Origin: Myxococcota bacterium
Lineage (GTDB): Bacteria > Myxococcota_A > UBA9160 > UBA4427
Assembly: GCA_965250285.1 (NCBI GenBank)
Contig: OZ252299.1
Coordinates: 6,080,001 to 6,144,000, forward strand
Direction: 5' to 3'
DNA: 64,000 nucleotides
Under the pieces are notes generated by a model. That model did not search any database, had not been told where the DNA came from, and saw only the letters and a program-made list of their open reading frames with translations. Both the position numbers and the translations under genes were made by a program. Shown in pieces: positions 50,107 to 60,101 of this stretch (positions within the stretch are counted from its first letter, which is position 1; the number at the start of each line of letters is the position of its first letter).

Positions 50107-50190
50107 CCTCCGCCCGCGCTCGACTAGCCGGCGCCCGCGCTCGCCTGGTCGACGCCCGCGCGGCCCCGAAGCATCGCGACGAGAGCCGCC

Positions 50191-51372
50191 ATGTCCCCTC
50201 TGGAACCGAAGCGCCGCATCCTGTTCTCGGCCGGCGACGTGTCGGGCGATCTGCACGGTGCGGCGCTGGCGCGCTGCCTTCACGAGCGCCACGACGCTCT
50301 CGAGCTCTCGGGGCTCGGAGGCCGCGCGATGGCGAAGGCCGGCGTCGATCTCGTCGCTTCGAGCGACGCACTCGCCGTCGGGGGCGTCGTCGAGGTGCTG
50401 CGCGCCGCGGGCGCCGCGCGCGCGACCCGGCGCGCCCTGCTCGATCACGTCGAGACGCACACGCCCGATCTCGTCGTGCTCATCGACTCGGGGGCGTTCA
50501 ACCTGCCGCTCGCGTCGGCGCTCCGTCGTCGCTGCGCCGCGCCCATCCTCTACTTCGTCGCGCCCCAGGTCTGGGCCTGGCGGCGCGGACGCATTCGCAA
50601 GCTGTCGCGCCGCGTCGACCGCCTCGCGGTGATCCTGCCGTTCGAGGCCGAGCACTACGTCGGCACCGGCTTGACCGTCGACTTCGTCGGGCACCCGATC
50701 GTCGACGAGATCGGCCGCGCACCGGCGCCGACGCGCGACGAGGCGCGCGGGCGGCTCGATGTCGCGGGCTGGGATCCGCTCTTTGCGCTGATGCCGGGCA
50801 GCCGGCGCAACGAGGTCGAGGCGCACCTGCCGGTTCAGCTCGCGGCGCTCGCGCGGCTTCGCTCGCGCTGGCCCGGTCTCGGCGCCGTGATCGCCCGGGC
50901 CCCGTCGATCGAGCGGGCCCGCATCGCTGCCTGCGTCGAAGCGGCACCGAGCGCCATCGCCGAGTGCGTGCGCGTCGTCGAGGGCGACTCGCGAGACGTG
51001 CTGCGTGCGGCGGATGTCGCTCTGGTGAAGCCCGGCACCGTCACGACCGAGGCGATGCTGCTCGGCACGCCCATGGTGATGATCGCGCGGGGGCACCCGA
51101 TCACCGCGGCGATCGTGCGGCGTCTGCTGCGCGTGCCCCACATGGCGATGCCGAATCTGGTGGCGGGGCGACGCATCGTGCCCGAATACTGGCAGGCCGA
51201 GGCGACGCCCGAGGCCGTCGCCGCCGCGGCGGCCGACCTCGTCGAAGGCCCCGGGCGCTCGGCCCAGCTCGAAGCGCTCGCGGTCGCAGCCGGGCGCCTC
51301 GGCGCGGGCGGTGCGATCGAGCGCGCGGCCGATCTCGTCGATGCGATGCTGGCCGAGGGGGGCGGGTCTTGA
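50191..51372 (+). CDS. lpxB: Lipid-A-disaccharide synthase
   Basis: AGDVSGDLHG, FVAPQVWAWR, ILPFE, FVGHP, MPGSRRNE, GTVTTE, MPNLVAG. Confidence 0.93.
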   Translation: MSPLEPKRRILFSAGDVSGDLHGAALARCLHERHDALELSGLGGRAMAKAGVDLVASSDALAVGGVVEVLRAAGAARATRRALLDHVETHTPDLVVLIDSGAFNLPLASALRRRCAAPILYFVAPQVWAWRRGRIRKLSRRVDRLAVILPFEAEHYVGTGLTVDFVGHPIVDEIGRAPAPTRDEARGRLDVAGWDPLFALMPGSRRNEVEAHLPVQLAALARLRSRWPGLGAVIARAPSIERARIAACVEAAPSAIAECVRVVEGDSRDVLRAADVALVKPGTVTTEAMLLGTPMVMIARGHPITAAIVRRLLRVPHMAMPNLVAGRRIVPEYWQAEATPEAVAAAAADLVEGPGRSAQLEALAVAAGRLGAGGAIERAADLVDAMLAEGGGS

Positions 51373-51427
51373 GGCGAGCCGGCCGCAGCGACGCGAGACG
51401 CGCTTCGGATCAAGGGGGGCGGTGTTC

Positions 51428-53857
51428 ATGCGCGTGATCGGGCACGTCTTCGTGGCGCTGGCGACCCTCGTGGTCGGCCCGGTCGCGCTCGTCGCCGCGC
51501 TTGCGCGACCCCAATGGCGCGCGGGTCTCCTCGAGCGACTCACGCCGCCGAAGCGCTTGGACGAGCGCCCGATCTGGATCCACGCCGCGAGCCTCGGCGA
51601 GGCCGCCGCCGCGCTGCCGCTGATCGAAGCGGTGCGCGGGAGCCACCCGTCGCTGCTGCTGACCACGCAAACGATCGCCGGCCGCGACTGGCTGAGGGCC
51701 CGCTGCCCCGACGTCGCCTGTCGGCTCGCGCCCCTCGATCACCCCTGGCTCGCGGGCCTCGCCGTAAGGCGAGTGCGGTCGCGCGCGCTCGTGCTCGTCG
51801 AGACCGAGGTCTGGCCTGCGCTCGTGGCGGCGGCCGAGCGCGCGGGCGTGCCCGTGGTCGTGGTCTCCGGCCGGCTCTCGGATCGCGCGTTTCACCGACA
51901 GCACGAGATCGCGCCATTCTTTACACGCACGTTCGCGCGACTCACCGCCGTGGGGGCGCGCACCGAGGTCGATGCCGGGCGCTTCGTGAAGCTCGGTACG
52001 CCCGCCGATCGCGTGCAGGTGACCGGCGACCTCAAGTGGGCGAAGTCGGGGGATCGTGAGCCGGTCGCGCCCGAGATCCTGAACTGGATGGCGCGTCGCC
52101 CGACGATCGTACTCGGCAGCGTGCACCTCGACGAAGCAGGCGAACTGCTCGCCGCGATGCGCGCCGTCGCCTCGACCGGCCGCGAGGTGCAGTGGCTCTG
52201 GGCTCCGCGCGACCTCGAAGCGGTCGAGCCGCTGCTTCGTCGCTTCGCGAGCGAAGGGGTGCGCGCGCGTCGGCGTACGGCGCTGGCAGCGGAAGCCTCG
52301 ACCGACGCCGAGCGCTCCGATCGCGCCGACGTCGTCGTGCTCGACACGCTGGGCGAGCTGCCCTCGGTCTGGCCGCACGGCCTGATCGCCGTGGTCGGTG
52401 GCACGTTCGGGGCCACCGGCGGCCACGACCCGATCGAGCCGCTGCGTGCCGGTCGGCCGGTGCTCGTCGGCCCGCACACGGCCAACGTCGCCGAGGTCGT
52501 CGCGGCGCTCGTCTCGGCCGATGCGGCGATCCAGGTCGCCGACGGAGCTCGACTCGGTGCGGAGATCGCACGCCTGCTCGACGCGACCCGGGAGCGCGCC
52601 GACCGCGTGGCGCGGGGCACCGCGCTGATCGAGGCCGGTCGCGCCGCCCTCGATGCGAACGTCCGACTCGTGCTCGAAGCCGCGCGCGCATCCGCGGCAG
52701 GTCGGCGCGCGCTGGCGCCCGAGGTCGTCGCCACGGCTGCGCCTTCCGGCCTCTACGCCCGAACGGGTCCACACGGGGCGGCGTCGGTCCGACCCCTCTC
52801 ATGGCTCGCTTCGGCCTTCTACGCGCTCGGCGCGCGCATCGACCGGCGTACGCGGCGCTTCGGCCGCCGGCCCGCACGCCGCCTGCCCTGCGCGGTCGTG
52901 TCGATCGGCAGCTGGGTGGTCGGCGGTGCGGCGAAGACGCCCGCGACGATCGGTCTCGCTCGCGCCCTGCGCGACCGTGGGCATCGCGTCGCGGTGATCA
53001 CTCGGGGCCACGGCGTGCGGCTCGGAAGGCACCGTGTCGAGATCGCATCCCACGGCACCGGGGCCTGTGCGCGGGCCGCTCTAGTCGGAGACGAAGCGGT
53101 GGTCATCGCGCGCGAGACCCGCGGTGTGCCGGTGCTCGTCTCACGCGATCGGCATCGCGCCGGCATGCTCGCGGTCGTCGAGTTCGGCTGCGACGTCGTC
53201 CTGCTCGACGATGCGCATCAGCACTACGCATTGCACCGCGACCTCGATCTCGTGTGCCTCGACGCCGAGATCGGTCTCGGCAATGGGCGCGTGCTGCCGG
53301 CGGGGCCCCTGCGCGAGTCGAAGCGCAGCTGGAAGCGTGCCGACGCGCTGATCGTGACCGGGGGGGGGCTGCGCGCCGAAGACGCGCGGCTCGTCGATGC
53401 CCATGCGCCGGGCCTGCGTCGCTTCAAGGCCGAGCGACGGGTGCGTGGCTGGCGCGATCTGCGTTCGGGCAAGCGCGTCGCGCCCGATGCGCTCGAGGGG
53501 CGCACGGTCGGGTTGCTCGCCGCGTTGGCCGATCCCGCGAGCGTGCGCGCGCTCGCCGAGCGCCACGGCGTCGACATCGGCCACGCCCTCGTGCGCCGCG
53601 ATCATCACCGCTGGCGGCGGCGGGAGATCGAGGGGCTGGGCGAGACGAATCGCCTGTGGATCACGACCGAGAAGGACGCGGCGAAGATCGATCCCGATTG
53701 GGTCGAGCCGGGGGTCGGCGTGTACGTGCTCGAGCTCGACTGGGTCTCGGCCGACTGGCCGTCGCTGCCGCACTTCGTCGAGGTGCGCTGCGGCCTCGCG
53801 CCGCGGGCGGCGAACCCACCCCGTCAGTCGTCGGACGCTGCGATCGAGTCGGCGTAG
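51428..53857 (+). CDS. Fusion of Kdo transferase (KdtA/WaaA) and tetraacyldisaccharide 4'-kinase (LpxK)
   Basis: N-half IWIHAASLGE, ETEVWP, VTGDLK, LDTLGEL, GGHDPIEP; C-half GGAAKTP, GDEA, LLDDAHQH, LPAGPLRE, TTEKDAAK; no stop between. Confidence 0.88.
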   Translation: MRVIGHVFVALATLVVGPVALVAALARPQWRAGLLERLTPPKRLDERPIWIHAASLGEAAAALPLIEAVRGSHPSLLLTTQTIAGRDWLRARCPDVACRLAPLDHPWLAGLAVRRVRSRALVLVETEVWPALVAAAERAGVPVVVVSGRLSDRAFHRQHEIAPFFTRTFARLTAVGARTEVDAGRFVKLGTPADRVQVTGDLKWAKSGDREPVAPEILNWMARRPTIVLGSVHLDEAGELLAAMRAVASTGREVQWLWAPRDLEAVEPLLRRFASEGVRARRRTALAAEASTDAERSDRADVVVLDTLGELPSVWPHGLIAVVGGTFGATGGHDPIEPLRAGRPVLVGPHTANVAEVVAALVSADAAIQVADGARLGAEIARLLDATRERADRVARGTALIEAGRAALDANVRLVLEAARASAAGRRALAPEVVATAAPSGLYARTGPHGAASVRPLSWLASAFYALGARIDRRTRRFGRRPARRLPCAVVSIGSWVVGGAAKTPATIGLARALRDRGHRVAVITRGHGVRLGRHRVEIASHGTGACARAALVGDEAVVIARETRGVPVLVSRDRHRAGMLAVVEFGCDVVLLDDAHQHYALHRDLDLVCLDAEIGLGNGRVLPAGPLRESKRSWKRADALIVTGGGLRAEDARLVDAHAPGLRRFKAERRVRGWRDLRSGKRVAPDALEGRTVGLLAALADPASVRALAERHGVDIGHALVRRDHHRWRRREIEGLGETNRLWITTEKDAAKIDPDWVEPGVGVYVLELDWVSADWPSLPHFVEVRCGLAPRAANPPRQSSDAAIESA

Positions 53858-54627
53858 GCCGCTTCGAGCGCAGGCCACGCCCCCTTCGCGAGCCCCGCGA
53901 TCGCCGGGCGACGCGCGATCGAGCGTGCGAGGCGGGCGAGCTCGCGGCGGCGGCGAGCCAGCGACGGCGCGGCGCCGATCCGCGCGCCCTGCAGATCGAT
54001 CACGCGCACCGGGGCGTCGCCCGGCGGCACCAGCAGGTTGGTGATCGCGAGGTCGGCGTGGCGCGCGCCGGTGTCGTGAAATCGTCGGATCGCTTCGCCG
54101 CAGCGTCGGGCGAGCGCGGTCACTGCGGCCGCATCGCGCGCGCCGGCGCGCTCGAGGGCGGTGGCGCCGTCGACCGCGTCGGCCACGAAGGCCGTGCCGA
54201 CGAGCGCGAGCCATCCGGCGCCCTGTCGCACGCCCGCCGCGACGACCGGCTCGAGCACCGGGGCGCCGCGCGCGCGCAGCGCCGCCGTCACGTCGATCTC
54301 GTCGCGGGCGCGGGCGAATCTCGGCACGCGACCCCCGAAGAGGGGCGCCAGGACGCCGCCCTTGAGCACCCGCTTGATCAGCACCTGGCCGATCGGCGTT
54401 TCGATCACCCGGGTCGCGGCGCGCCCCGCGCGTCGGCTCGGGTCCGGCTCGAGCGAGCGCACCAGTGCGCGCAGATGCGCCGCATCGTCGAAGCCGAGGC
54501 GCCGCAGGGCCGCTGCATAGTCGGTGGTCACGTGCAGATGCAGCCCGGCCCGCTGCGTCGTCTCGAAGGCGAGCGGCGGTGCGGCGGCCGGGTCGCGGCG
54601 GGCGGGATCGATCGGCGGAGCGTGCAC
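53824..54627 (-). CDS. Kdo/WaaP-family lipopolysaccharide kinase (KdkA-like)
   Basis: GRAATRVI..LIKRVLKGG, RARDE, RFHDTGARHADLAITNLLV, VIDLQGA; start approximate (GTG 54627). Confidence 0.72.
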   Translation of the reverse strand: MHAPPIDPARRDPAAAPPLAFETTQRAGLHLHVTTDYAAALRRLGFDDAAHLRALVRSLEPDPSRRAGRAATRVIETPIGQVLIKRVLKGGVLAPLFGGRVPRFARARDEIDVTAALRARGAPVLEPVVAAGVRQGAGWLALVGTAFVADAVDGATALERAGARDAAAVTALARRCGEAIRRFHDTGARHADLAITNLLVPPGDAPVRVIDLQGARIGAAPSLARRRRELARLARSIARRPAIAGLAKGAWPALEAAYADSIAASDD

Positions 54628-54810
54628 GGGCGAGAATCTAATCCGCTGGCGGGCTCGCCGACCATCCTCGCGCTGCGCCGGGCAGTGGGTCGTTCGGCGA
54701 GCCGGGGCGATCGCGCGCGCGGCAGCGAGGTATCCTCGGCAGGGCGCGACCCCCGGGCCGGGCTGACGGCTCCTCGTCGGTCCCCGGGGCCCGAGACCGA
54801 GAGGCGCGTC

Positions 54811-55938
54811 ATCCCCGACCTGTCCCCGCACGACGAACCCGAAGCCCGCGCCGCGCCGATCCGGCCGGCGCCGCCGCGATGGCTCGTGGTGCGCCTGGGC
54901 GCGTTCGGTGACGTCGTGCGGACGCTCCCGGCCGCGTGGGCGTTGCGACGCGCGTGGCCCGACGCGCACCTCGCCTGGCTCGTCGAGCCGGGCGCGGCGC
55001 CCCTGCTCGAGCGACTGCCCTGGCTCGACGAGGTGATCGTGTTTCCACGGCCCGCGCTCGAGCGGGCGCTCGAAGGGCGCCGCGCCGGCGAGCTCCTGTC
55101 GAGCCTCGGCGGCTTTCGCGCCGCGTTGCGTGCGCGGCGTTTCGACGGGGTCGTCGACTTTCACGGCATTCTGAAGAGCGGCGTGTTGGCGTGGCAGAGT
55201 GGAGCGCCACGCCGGGTCGGTCCGGCGGGCGCGGCGGCGCGCGAAGGGGCTGCGTTCTTCTACACCGAGGGCGTTCGCCTGCCGAGCGCGACGTGCTCGC
55301 GTTTCGAGCGCAACGCCGTGATCGCGCGGGCGCTCGGCGCGCGGGTCGACGGCACTCGGGTGCCCGGGCTCGCCGATGGGGGCGGGTCACGCGGGACACA
55401 CGCGGTCCTTCACCCGGGCACGAGCCCTGGCACGCCCTACAAGCGTTGGCCGGTCGAACGTTTCGTCGAGCTTGCGCGTCGCCTCGAAGCCGAGCTCGGC
55501 GCGCCCTGTCTCGTGACGTGCGGTGTCGACGACACCGAACGGGCCGACGCCGAGGCGCTCGTGGCGGCGGCGGGCGGCGCCGCGCGCATCGCGCCGACCG
55601 AGGGGGACATCGGTGCGTTGATCGAGGCGCTCGCTGCCGCGCGCTTGGTGGTGAGCGGTGATACCGGGCCGCTGCATCTCGCATCGCTCGTCGGCACGCC
55701 CGTCGTGCAGATCCTCGGGCCGACGCACCCGGTGCAGAACGAGCCCTGGGTCGAGACGCCATGGGCTCGGGCCCATCTGCCGCTGCCGTGCAGCCCGTGT
55801 CGAAACGGTTGCGAGGCGGCCCCGTGTCTTCGACAGCTGCCGGTGTCGGACGTGATCGACGCGGTCCGCCGGGTGCTCAGCGCCGCCGCCGCGCGCCCGT
55901 CCGAGCCGGATGCGCTGCGGATCGGAGCGCTGCGATGA
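54811..55938 (+). CDS. GT9 ADP-heptose:LPS heptosyltransferase (WaaC-like); start uncertain
   Basis: LVVRLGAFGDVV, VVDFHGILKSG, LHPG..YKRWP, VSGDTGPLHLA, GPT. Confidence 0.85.
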   Translation: MPDLSPHDEPEARAAPIRPAPPRWLVVRLGAFGDVVRTLPAAWALRRAWPDAHLAWLVEPGAAPLLERLPWLDEVIVFPRPALERALEGRRAGELLSSLGGFRAALRARRFDGVVDFHGILKSGVLAWQSGAPRRVGPAGAAAREGAAFFYTEGVRLPSATCSRFERNAVIARALGARVDGTRVPGLADGGGSRGTHAVLHPGTSPGTPYKRWPVERFVELARRLEAELGAPCLVTCGVDDTERADAEALVAAAGGAARIAPTEGDIGALIEALAAARLVVSGDTGPLHLASLVGTPVVQILGPTHPVQNEPWVETPWARAHLPLPCSPCRNGCEAAPCLRQLPVSDVIDAVRRVLSAAAARPSEPDALRIGALR

Positions 55939-57017
55939 CGCGCGCGCCGCTGCGCGATGCCCGGCGGATCGTCGTTCGCATGCCGAACTGGCTCGGCGAC
56001 GTCGTCATGGCGACGCCGGGGCTGCGCGCCCTGCGGCGCCACGCGCCCGACGCTCACATCAGTGTGCAGCTGCCGGGTGTACTCGCGCCGCTCCTCGAGG
56101 GCAGTCCGCACGTCGACGCGATCGTCGCGATGGATGGGCGACCGCAGGGCGTTCGCGCGTTGCGACGCGAAGCGCGGCGTCTGCGTGCGGCCGGGCCCTT
56201 CGACTACGGCGTCTGCCTGCCCGAGAGCTTCTCTTCGGCTTTGCTGCTGCGCTGGGCCGGCGTGCGTCGTGTCGGCGGCTTCGCACGCGGCGGGCGCTCG
56301 GTGCTGATGCACGATGCGATCGAGGCCCCCCGGCATTGGGGGCGGCGTCGACTGGTCGCGAGAGAGATCTTCGTCACGACATTGCTCGAAGCCCTCGGTT
56401 GTCCCGACGACGGGACGGCGCTCGAGCTGCATGCGACCGCGGCGGCGACGCGCGAGGCCGGTCGGCTGCTCGGCGCGACTGATCCGAGCGGTTCGATCGT
56501 CGGCTTCGCGCCGGGCGCCTCGTTCGGCCCTTCGAAGCAGTGGCCCGAGGCTTCGTTCGCCGCGCTGGCCGATCGCTTCGCGGCGCGCGGCGACGTCGTC
56601 GTGTGGCTGGGCGCCGCGTCGGAGCGCCCCCTCGTCGAGCGCATTCGCGGGCAGATGCGCGGCGAGAGCCGTTCGCTCGTCGGCGATACGCCGCTCGGCG
56701 TGCTGGCCGCGCTGATGCAGCGCCTCGATCTGCTCGTCTGCAACGACGCGGGGGCGCGTCACGTCGCGGTTGCGAGTGGGGCACCGGTCGTCGTGTTCAT
56801 GGGGCCGACCGCCCTCGAGAAGACGGCCGAGAACCTCGAGCGGGTCGTCGTGTTGACCCACGACGTGGCGTGCCGGCCCTGCTACCAACGCGTGTGCCCG
56901 ATCGACCATGGTTGCATGACCGGCATCACGCCGGGCCATGCCTGGGAGGCGGCCAAAAGGCTGTGCGCGCCGCCGGCCGTCCGCGGCGCCGGCGCGAGCG
57001 CGGGGAGACTTGAATGA
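55935..57017 (+). CDS. waaF: Lipopolysaccharide heptosyltransferase II
   Basis: VRMPNWLGDVVMATP, APGASFGPSKQWP, CNDAGARH, CRPCYQRVCPIDHGCM. Confidence 0.88.
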   Translation: MTRAPLRDARRIVVRMPNWLGDVVMATPGLRALRRHAPDAHISVQLPGVLAPLLEGSPHVDAIVAMDGRPQGVRALRREARRLRAAGPFDYGVCLPESFSSALLLRWAGVRRVGGFARGGRSVLMHDAIEAPRHWGRRRLVAREIFVTTLLEALGCPDDGTALELHATAAATREAGRLLGATDPSGSIVGFAPGASFGPSKQWPEASFAALADRFAARGDVVVWLGAASERPLVERIRGQMRGESRSLVGDTPLGVLAALMQRLDLLVCNDAGARHVAVASGAPVVVFMGPTALEKTAENLERVVVLTHDVACRPCYQRVCPIDHGCMTGITPGHAWEAAKRLCAPPAVRGAGASAGRLE

Positions 57018-58060
57018 GCGACCGAGACGCAAAGCCCCAGCGCTTGCGCGACGTCGTGCAGCGCTTCGAGCACCTCGAGGTTCTGGTCGTCGGCGACGTC
57101 ATGATCGATCAGTACCTGAACGGCGAGGTCGAACGCGTCAGCCCCGAAGCGCCGGTGCCCGTCGTCGCCGTGACGCACGAGACGAACGCGCTCGGTGGGG
57201 CGGGCAACGTCGTGCGCAACCTCGCCGCGCTCGGCGCCCGGCCGAAGCTCTGCTCGGTCGTCGGCGATGACGCTGAGGGGCGGCTCGTCGTCGACCTGCT
57301 GAAGGAGCTCGGGGTCGAGACGTCGGGCGTCGTCGTCGACGCCGGCCGGCCGACGACGCGCAAGACCCGCATCGTCGCTCGAGATCAGCAGATGATCCGC
57401 GCCGACCGTGAACACACAGCGCCACTTTCGACCGAAGTTGCGAGCGCCCTGGACGAGCGGCTTCGGGTGATGTTGCCGGGGGTCGATGGGGTCGCCGGCG
57501 TCGACTACGCGAAGGGCGTTCTGGCAGAAGCGGGGGCGCAGCGCCTGATCGAGCGCGCGCGAGAGATCGACGTCCCGGTCGCCGTCGATCCCAAGGGCCA
57601 TCTGGATGGCTGGGCCGGTGCTCGACTCGTGAAGCCCAACCTGGCCGAGGCGCGGGCGCTCCTCGGCGGCGACGCGAACGGGGAGCGCGACGCCCGGCGC
57701 CTCGCCCTGCGCCTGCGGGATCGTCTGCCCGGGACCGAGGTCGCGCTCACCTGCGGCGCCGCGGGCATGGTGATCCTCGGCGCCGAGGTCGGTGCCGAAC
57801 CCCGAGTGGTGCCGACGGCCTCGCTGGACGTCTACGATGTGCAGGGCGCCGGCGACACGAGTCTCGCTGCGCTCTGGCTGGCGCGACTCGCCGGCGCGAC
57901 GCTCGTCGATGCGGCGCTGCTGGCGCACGCGGCCTCGGGGGTCGCGGTCGCCAAGGTCGGCACGGCAACGGCCAGTCGGGACGAGTTGCTCGTTCGCCTC
58001 GATCCCGTGCTCGCCGCGGCGAACGAGGCGCGCTCGGGCGCGAACGGAGGAACGGGATGA
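57014..58060 (+). CDS. hldA: D-glycero-D-manno-heptose-7-phosphate kinase (HldA / RfaE domain I)
   Basis: GDVMIDQYLNGEVERVSPEAPVPVV, GGAGNV, TTRKTRI, DYAKG, VYDVQGAGDT. Confidence 0.9.
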   Translation: MSDRDAKPQRLRDVVQRFEHLEVLVVGDVMIDQYLNGEVERVSPEAPVPVVAVTHETNALGGAGNVVRNLAALGARPKLCSVVGDDAEGRLVVDLLKELGVETSGVVVDAGRPTTRKTRIVARDQQMIRADREHTAPLSTEVASALDERLRVMLPGVDGVAGVDYAKGVLAEAGAQRLIERAREIDVPVAVDPKGHLDGWAGARLVKPNLAEARALLGGDANGERDARRLALRLRDRLPGTEVALTCGAAGMVILGAEVGAEPRVVPTASLDVYDVQGAGDTSLAALWLARLAGATLVDAALLAHAASGVAVAKVGTATASRDELLVRLDPVLAAANEARSGANGGTG

Positions 58061-58950
58061 TTCGCAGCATGACCGGCTTCGGACGGTCGACGTTCCAGGT
58101 CGGACAGACGGTCTTCGAGGTCGAGATCCGCAGCGTCAATCATCGCCATCTCGATGCGCGTGTGAAGCTGCCGCGTGCGCTCGCCGACCGCGATGCCGAG
58201 GTCAAGGCCGCGATGCAGTCGCGGCTCGGCCGCGGCAAGGTCGATTGCAGTGTCTCGGTGCCGACCCAGGCGGGCGCGTTGCCCGGGCAGGTGCAGGTCG
58301 ATGCCGCCGTCGCCGAGCAGTACGTCGAAGCGGCCCGCGCGCTCGCCGAGGCGCACGCGCTGCCCGGAGAGCTCGATGCCGCGACGCTGATGGCGATGCC
58401 GGGCGTCGTGCGGGTCGCCGAGGTGGAGTGGGACACCGACGAGCTCGGCCGCGGGTTGTCGCGGGCCGTGGGTGAGGCACTCGACGCGCTCGAGGCGATG
58501 CGCGTCGCCGAAGGCGCGGCGCTCGCGCGCGAGTTCGAGGGGCGGCTCGAGCACGTGCTCGAGCTGACGGGTCAATTCGAGGCGCGCTCGGGGCTCGTCG
58601 TCGAGGCGACGAAGGAGCGCCTGCGCAAGCGCGCCGAGCAGCTGCGGCAGGAGACGGGCCAGTTCGACGATGCGCGCCTGCACCAGGAGATCGTGATCGC
58701 CGCCGACCGCCTCGACATCACCGAAGAGCTCGTGCGGCTGCGCAGCCACGTCGACCAGTTTCGCGCGATCCTCGCCGAAGGCGACGCATCGAAGCCCGTC
58801 GGCCGGCGCCTCGACTTTCTGCTGCAGGAGATGGGGCGCGAAGCGAACACCGTCGGTTCGAAGGCGAACGACGCACCGCTGGCCCACGACGTCGTCGAGC
58901 TGAAGGCCGAGCTCGAGCGGATCCGCGAGCAGGTGCAGAACGTTGAGTAG
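58057..58950 (+). CDS. yicC: YicC/YloC family endoribonuclease
   Basis: [56 protein letters not shown]. Confidence 0.94.
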   Translation: MIRSMTGFGRSTFQVGQTVFEVEIRSVNHRHLDARVKLPRALADRDAEVKAAMQSRLGRGKVDCSVSVPTQAGALPGQVQVDAAVAEQYVEAARALAEAHALPGELDAATLMAMPGVVRVAEVEWDTDELGRGLSRAVGEALDALEAMRVAEGAALAREFEGRLEHVLELTGQFEARSGLVVEATKERLRKRAEQLRQETGQFDDARLHQEIVIAADRLDITEELVRLRSHVDQFRAILAEGDASKPVGRRLDFLLQEMGREANTVGSKANDAPLAHDVVELKAELERIREQVQNVE

Positions 58951-59302
58951 CGGCTCGACGCGCAAGTCGGGCAAGAGCGCGGCGAAATCGGCGGCCAAGG
59001 CGGCTGCCCGGCGTGCGCCCGAGCGTGCGGCGTCGATCGATGTCCCCCGCATGATCAGCATCGGCTACGGCAACCTGGTGTCGACGGGTCGCGTGATCGC
59101 CGTCGTCTCGCCGCAGTCGAACCCGATGCGGCGCCTGCGCGAAGAGGCGGGTCAGCGCGGCAAGCTGATCGACGCGACCGAGGGGCGGCGCACGCGATCG
59201 ATCCTCGTGACCGACAGCGACCACGTCATCCTGTCTGCGATCAACACAGAGACCATCGCGGCGCGCCTATCGCCCGAAGAGACCGAGGAGGGGAGTGCGT
59301 GA
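58943..59302 (+). CDS. remA: DUF370/RemA family protein (alternative start ATG 59051)
   Basis: [50 protein letters not shown]. Confidence 0.88.
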   Translation: MSSGSTRKSGKSAAKSAAKAAARRAPERAASIDVPRMISIGYGNLVSTGRVIAVVSPQSNPMRRLREEAGQRGKLIDATEGRRTRSILVTDSDHVILSAINTETIAARLSPEETEEGSA

Positions 59303-59973
59303 GCGGTTCGGGTCGATCGGGGCTGGCGTTCGTCGTCGCGGCGCCGAGCGGGACGGGCAAGACCACCGTGTGCCGCGACGTCGTCGAGGGGGATCCCGGC
59401 ATCGTGCACTCGGTCTCGCACACCACGCGCAAGCCGCGCGAGGGCGAGGAGAACGGCATCCACTACCACTTCGTCGATGCCCAGACGTTTCGGCAGATGG
59501 TCGATGCAGGTGAGTTCCTCGAGCACGCCAGCTACAACGGCAATCTCTACGGAACGAGCAAGGAGGCGTTGCGCCTCGAGATGGAGGAGCGCGGGCGCGA
59601 CGTGTTGCTCGAGATCGAGGTGCAGGGCGCCCAGCAGCTGCGCGAGCACGATACCGGCGCCCGCTTCGTCTTCTTGCTCCCGCCGAGCCTCACCGAGCTG
59701 GCTCGGCGCCTGCGCGGTCGCGGCACCGACGACGAAGAGACGATCAACAAGCGCCTGGCGATCGCCGACATCGAGTTGAAGGCAGTGGAGCACTTCGACT
59801 ACGCGATCGTGAACGACGATCTTCACGCCTGCATCGCCGCCGTGAACGACATCGTCGCCGCGGAGCGCTCCGGCGACGCCGCGCGCTTGGGCGACGTCGC
59901 GTCGCGCTACGGCCGCGAGCGCGTGTGGGCCGAATGGAGCGCGACCAACGCCGACGACCTGCCGCCGGGTTGA
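59299..59973 (+). CDS. gmk: Guanylate kinase
   Basis: [38 protein letters not shown]. Confidence 0.96.
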   Translation: MSGSGRSGLAFVVAAPSGTGKTTVCRDVVEGDPGIVHSVSHTTRKPREGEENGIHYHFVDAQTFRQMVDAGEFLEHASYNGNLYGTSKEALRLEMEERGRDVLLEIEVQGAQQLREHDTGARFVFLLPPSLTELARRLRGRGTDDEETINKRLAIADIELKAVEHFDYAIVNDDLHACIAAVNDIVAAERSGDAARLGDVASRYGRERVWAEWSATNADDLPPG

Positions 59974-60037
59974 CGCGGGGGCGGTCGGCGCCGACGTCCC
60001 GCACGCCGGATCGCGCCGGGGGGCGGAATCTCGGCGT

Positions 60038-60066
60038 TTGCCGCGCGCCCGACTGGCCCGTACCCT
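60038..60066 (+). promoter_or_regulatory. Putative sigma70-type promoter of rel
   Basis: TTGCCG-N17-TACCCT, 35 nt before the rel ATG. Confidence 0.4.
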
Positions 60067-60101
60067 AGGGCAAGTCTGCGAATCAACAGGGCTTTTGCTC
60101 A

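Noticed and set aside
48619..51666. Long minus-strand ORFs (e.g. 48619..51666, 23229..25601, 17216..19513, 43589..45754, 60099..62315)
   Set aside because: Antisense shadows of real plus-strand genes, expected at high GC; no recognisable motifs.
52192..54810. 1248-aa ORF 52192..55938 as one giant protein
   Set aside because: The first ~870 codons are an Arg/Gly-rich shadow frame overlapping KdtA-LpxK and the minus-strand kinase; only the GT9 part has motifs.
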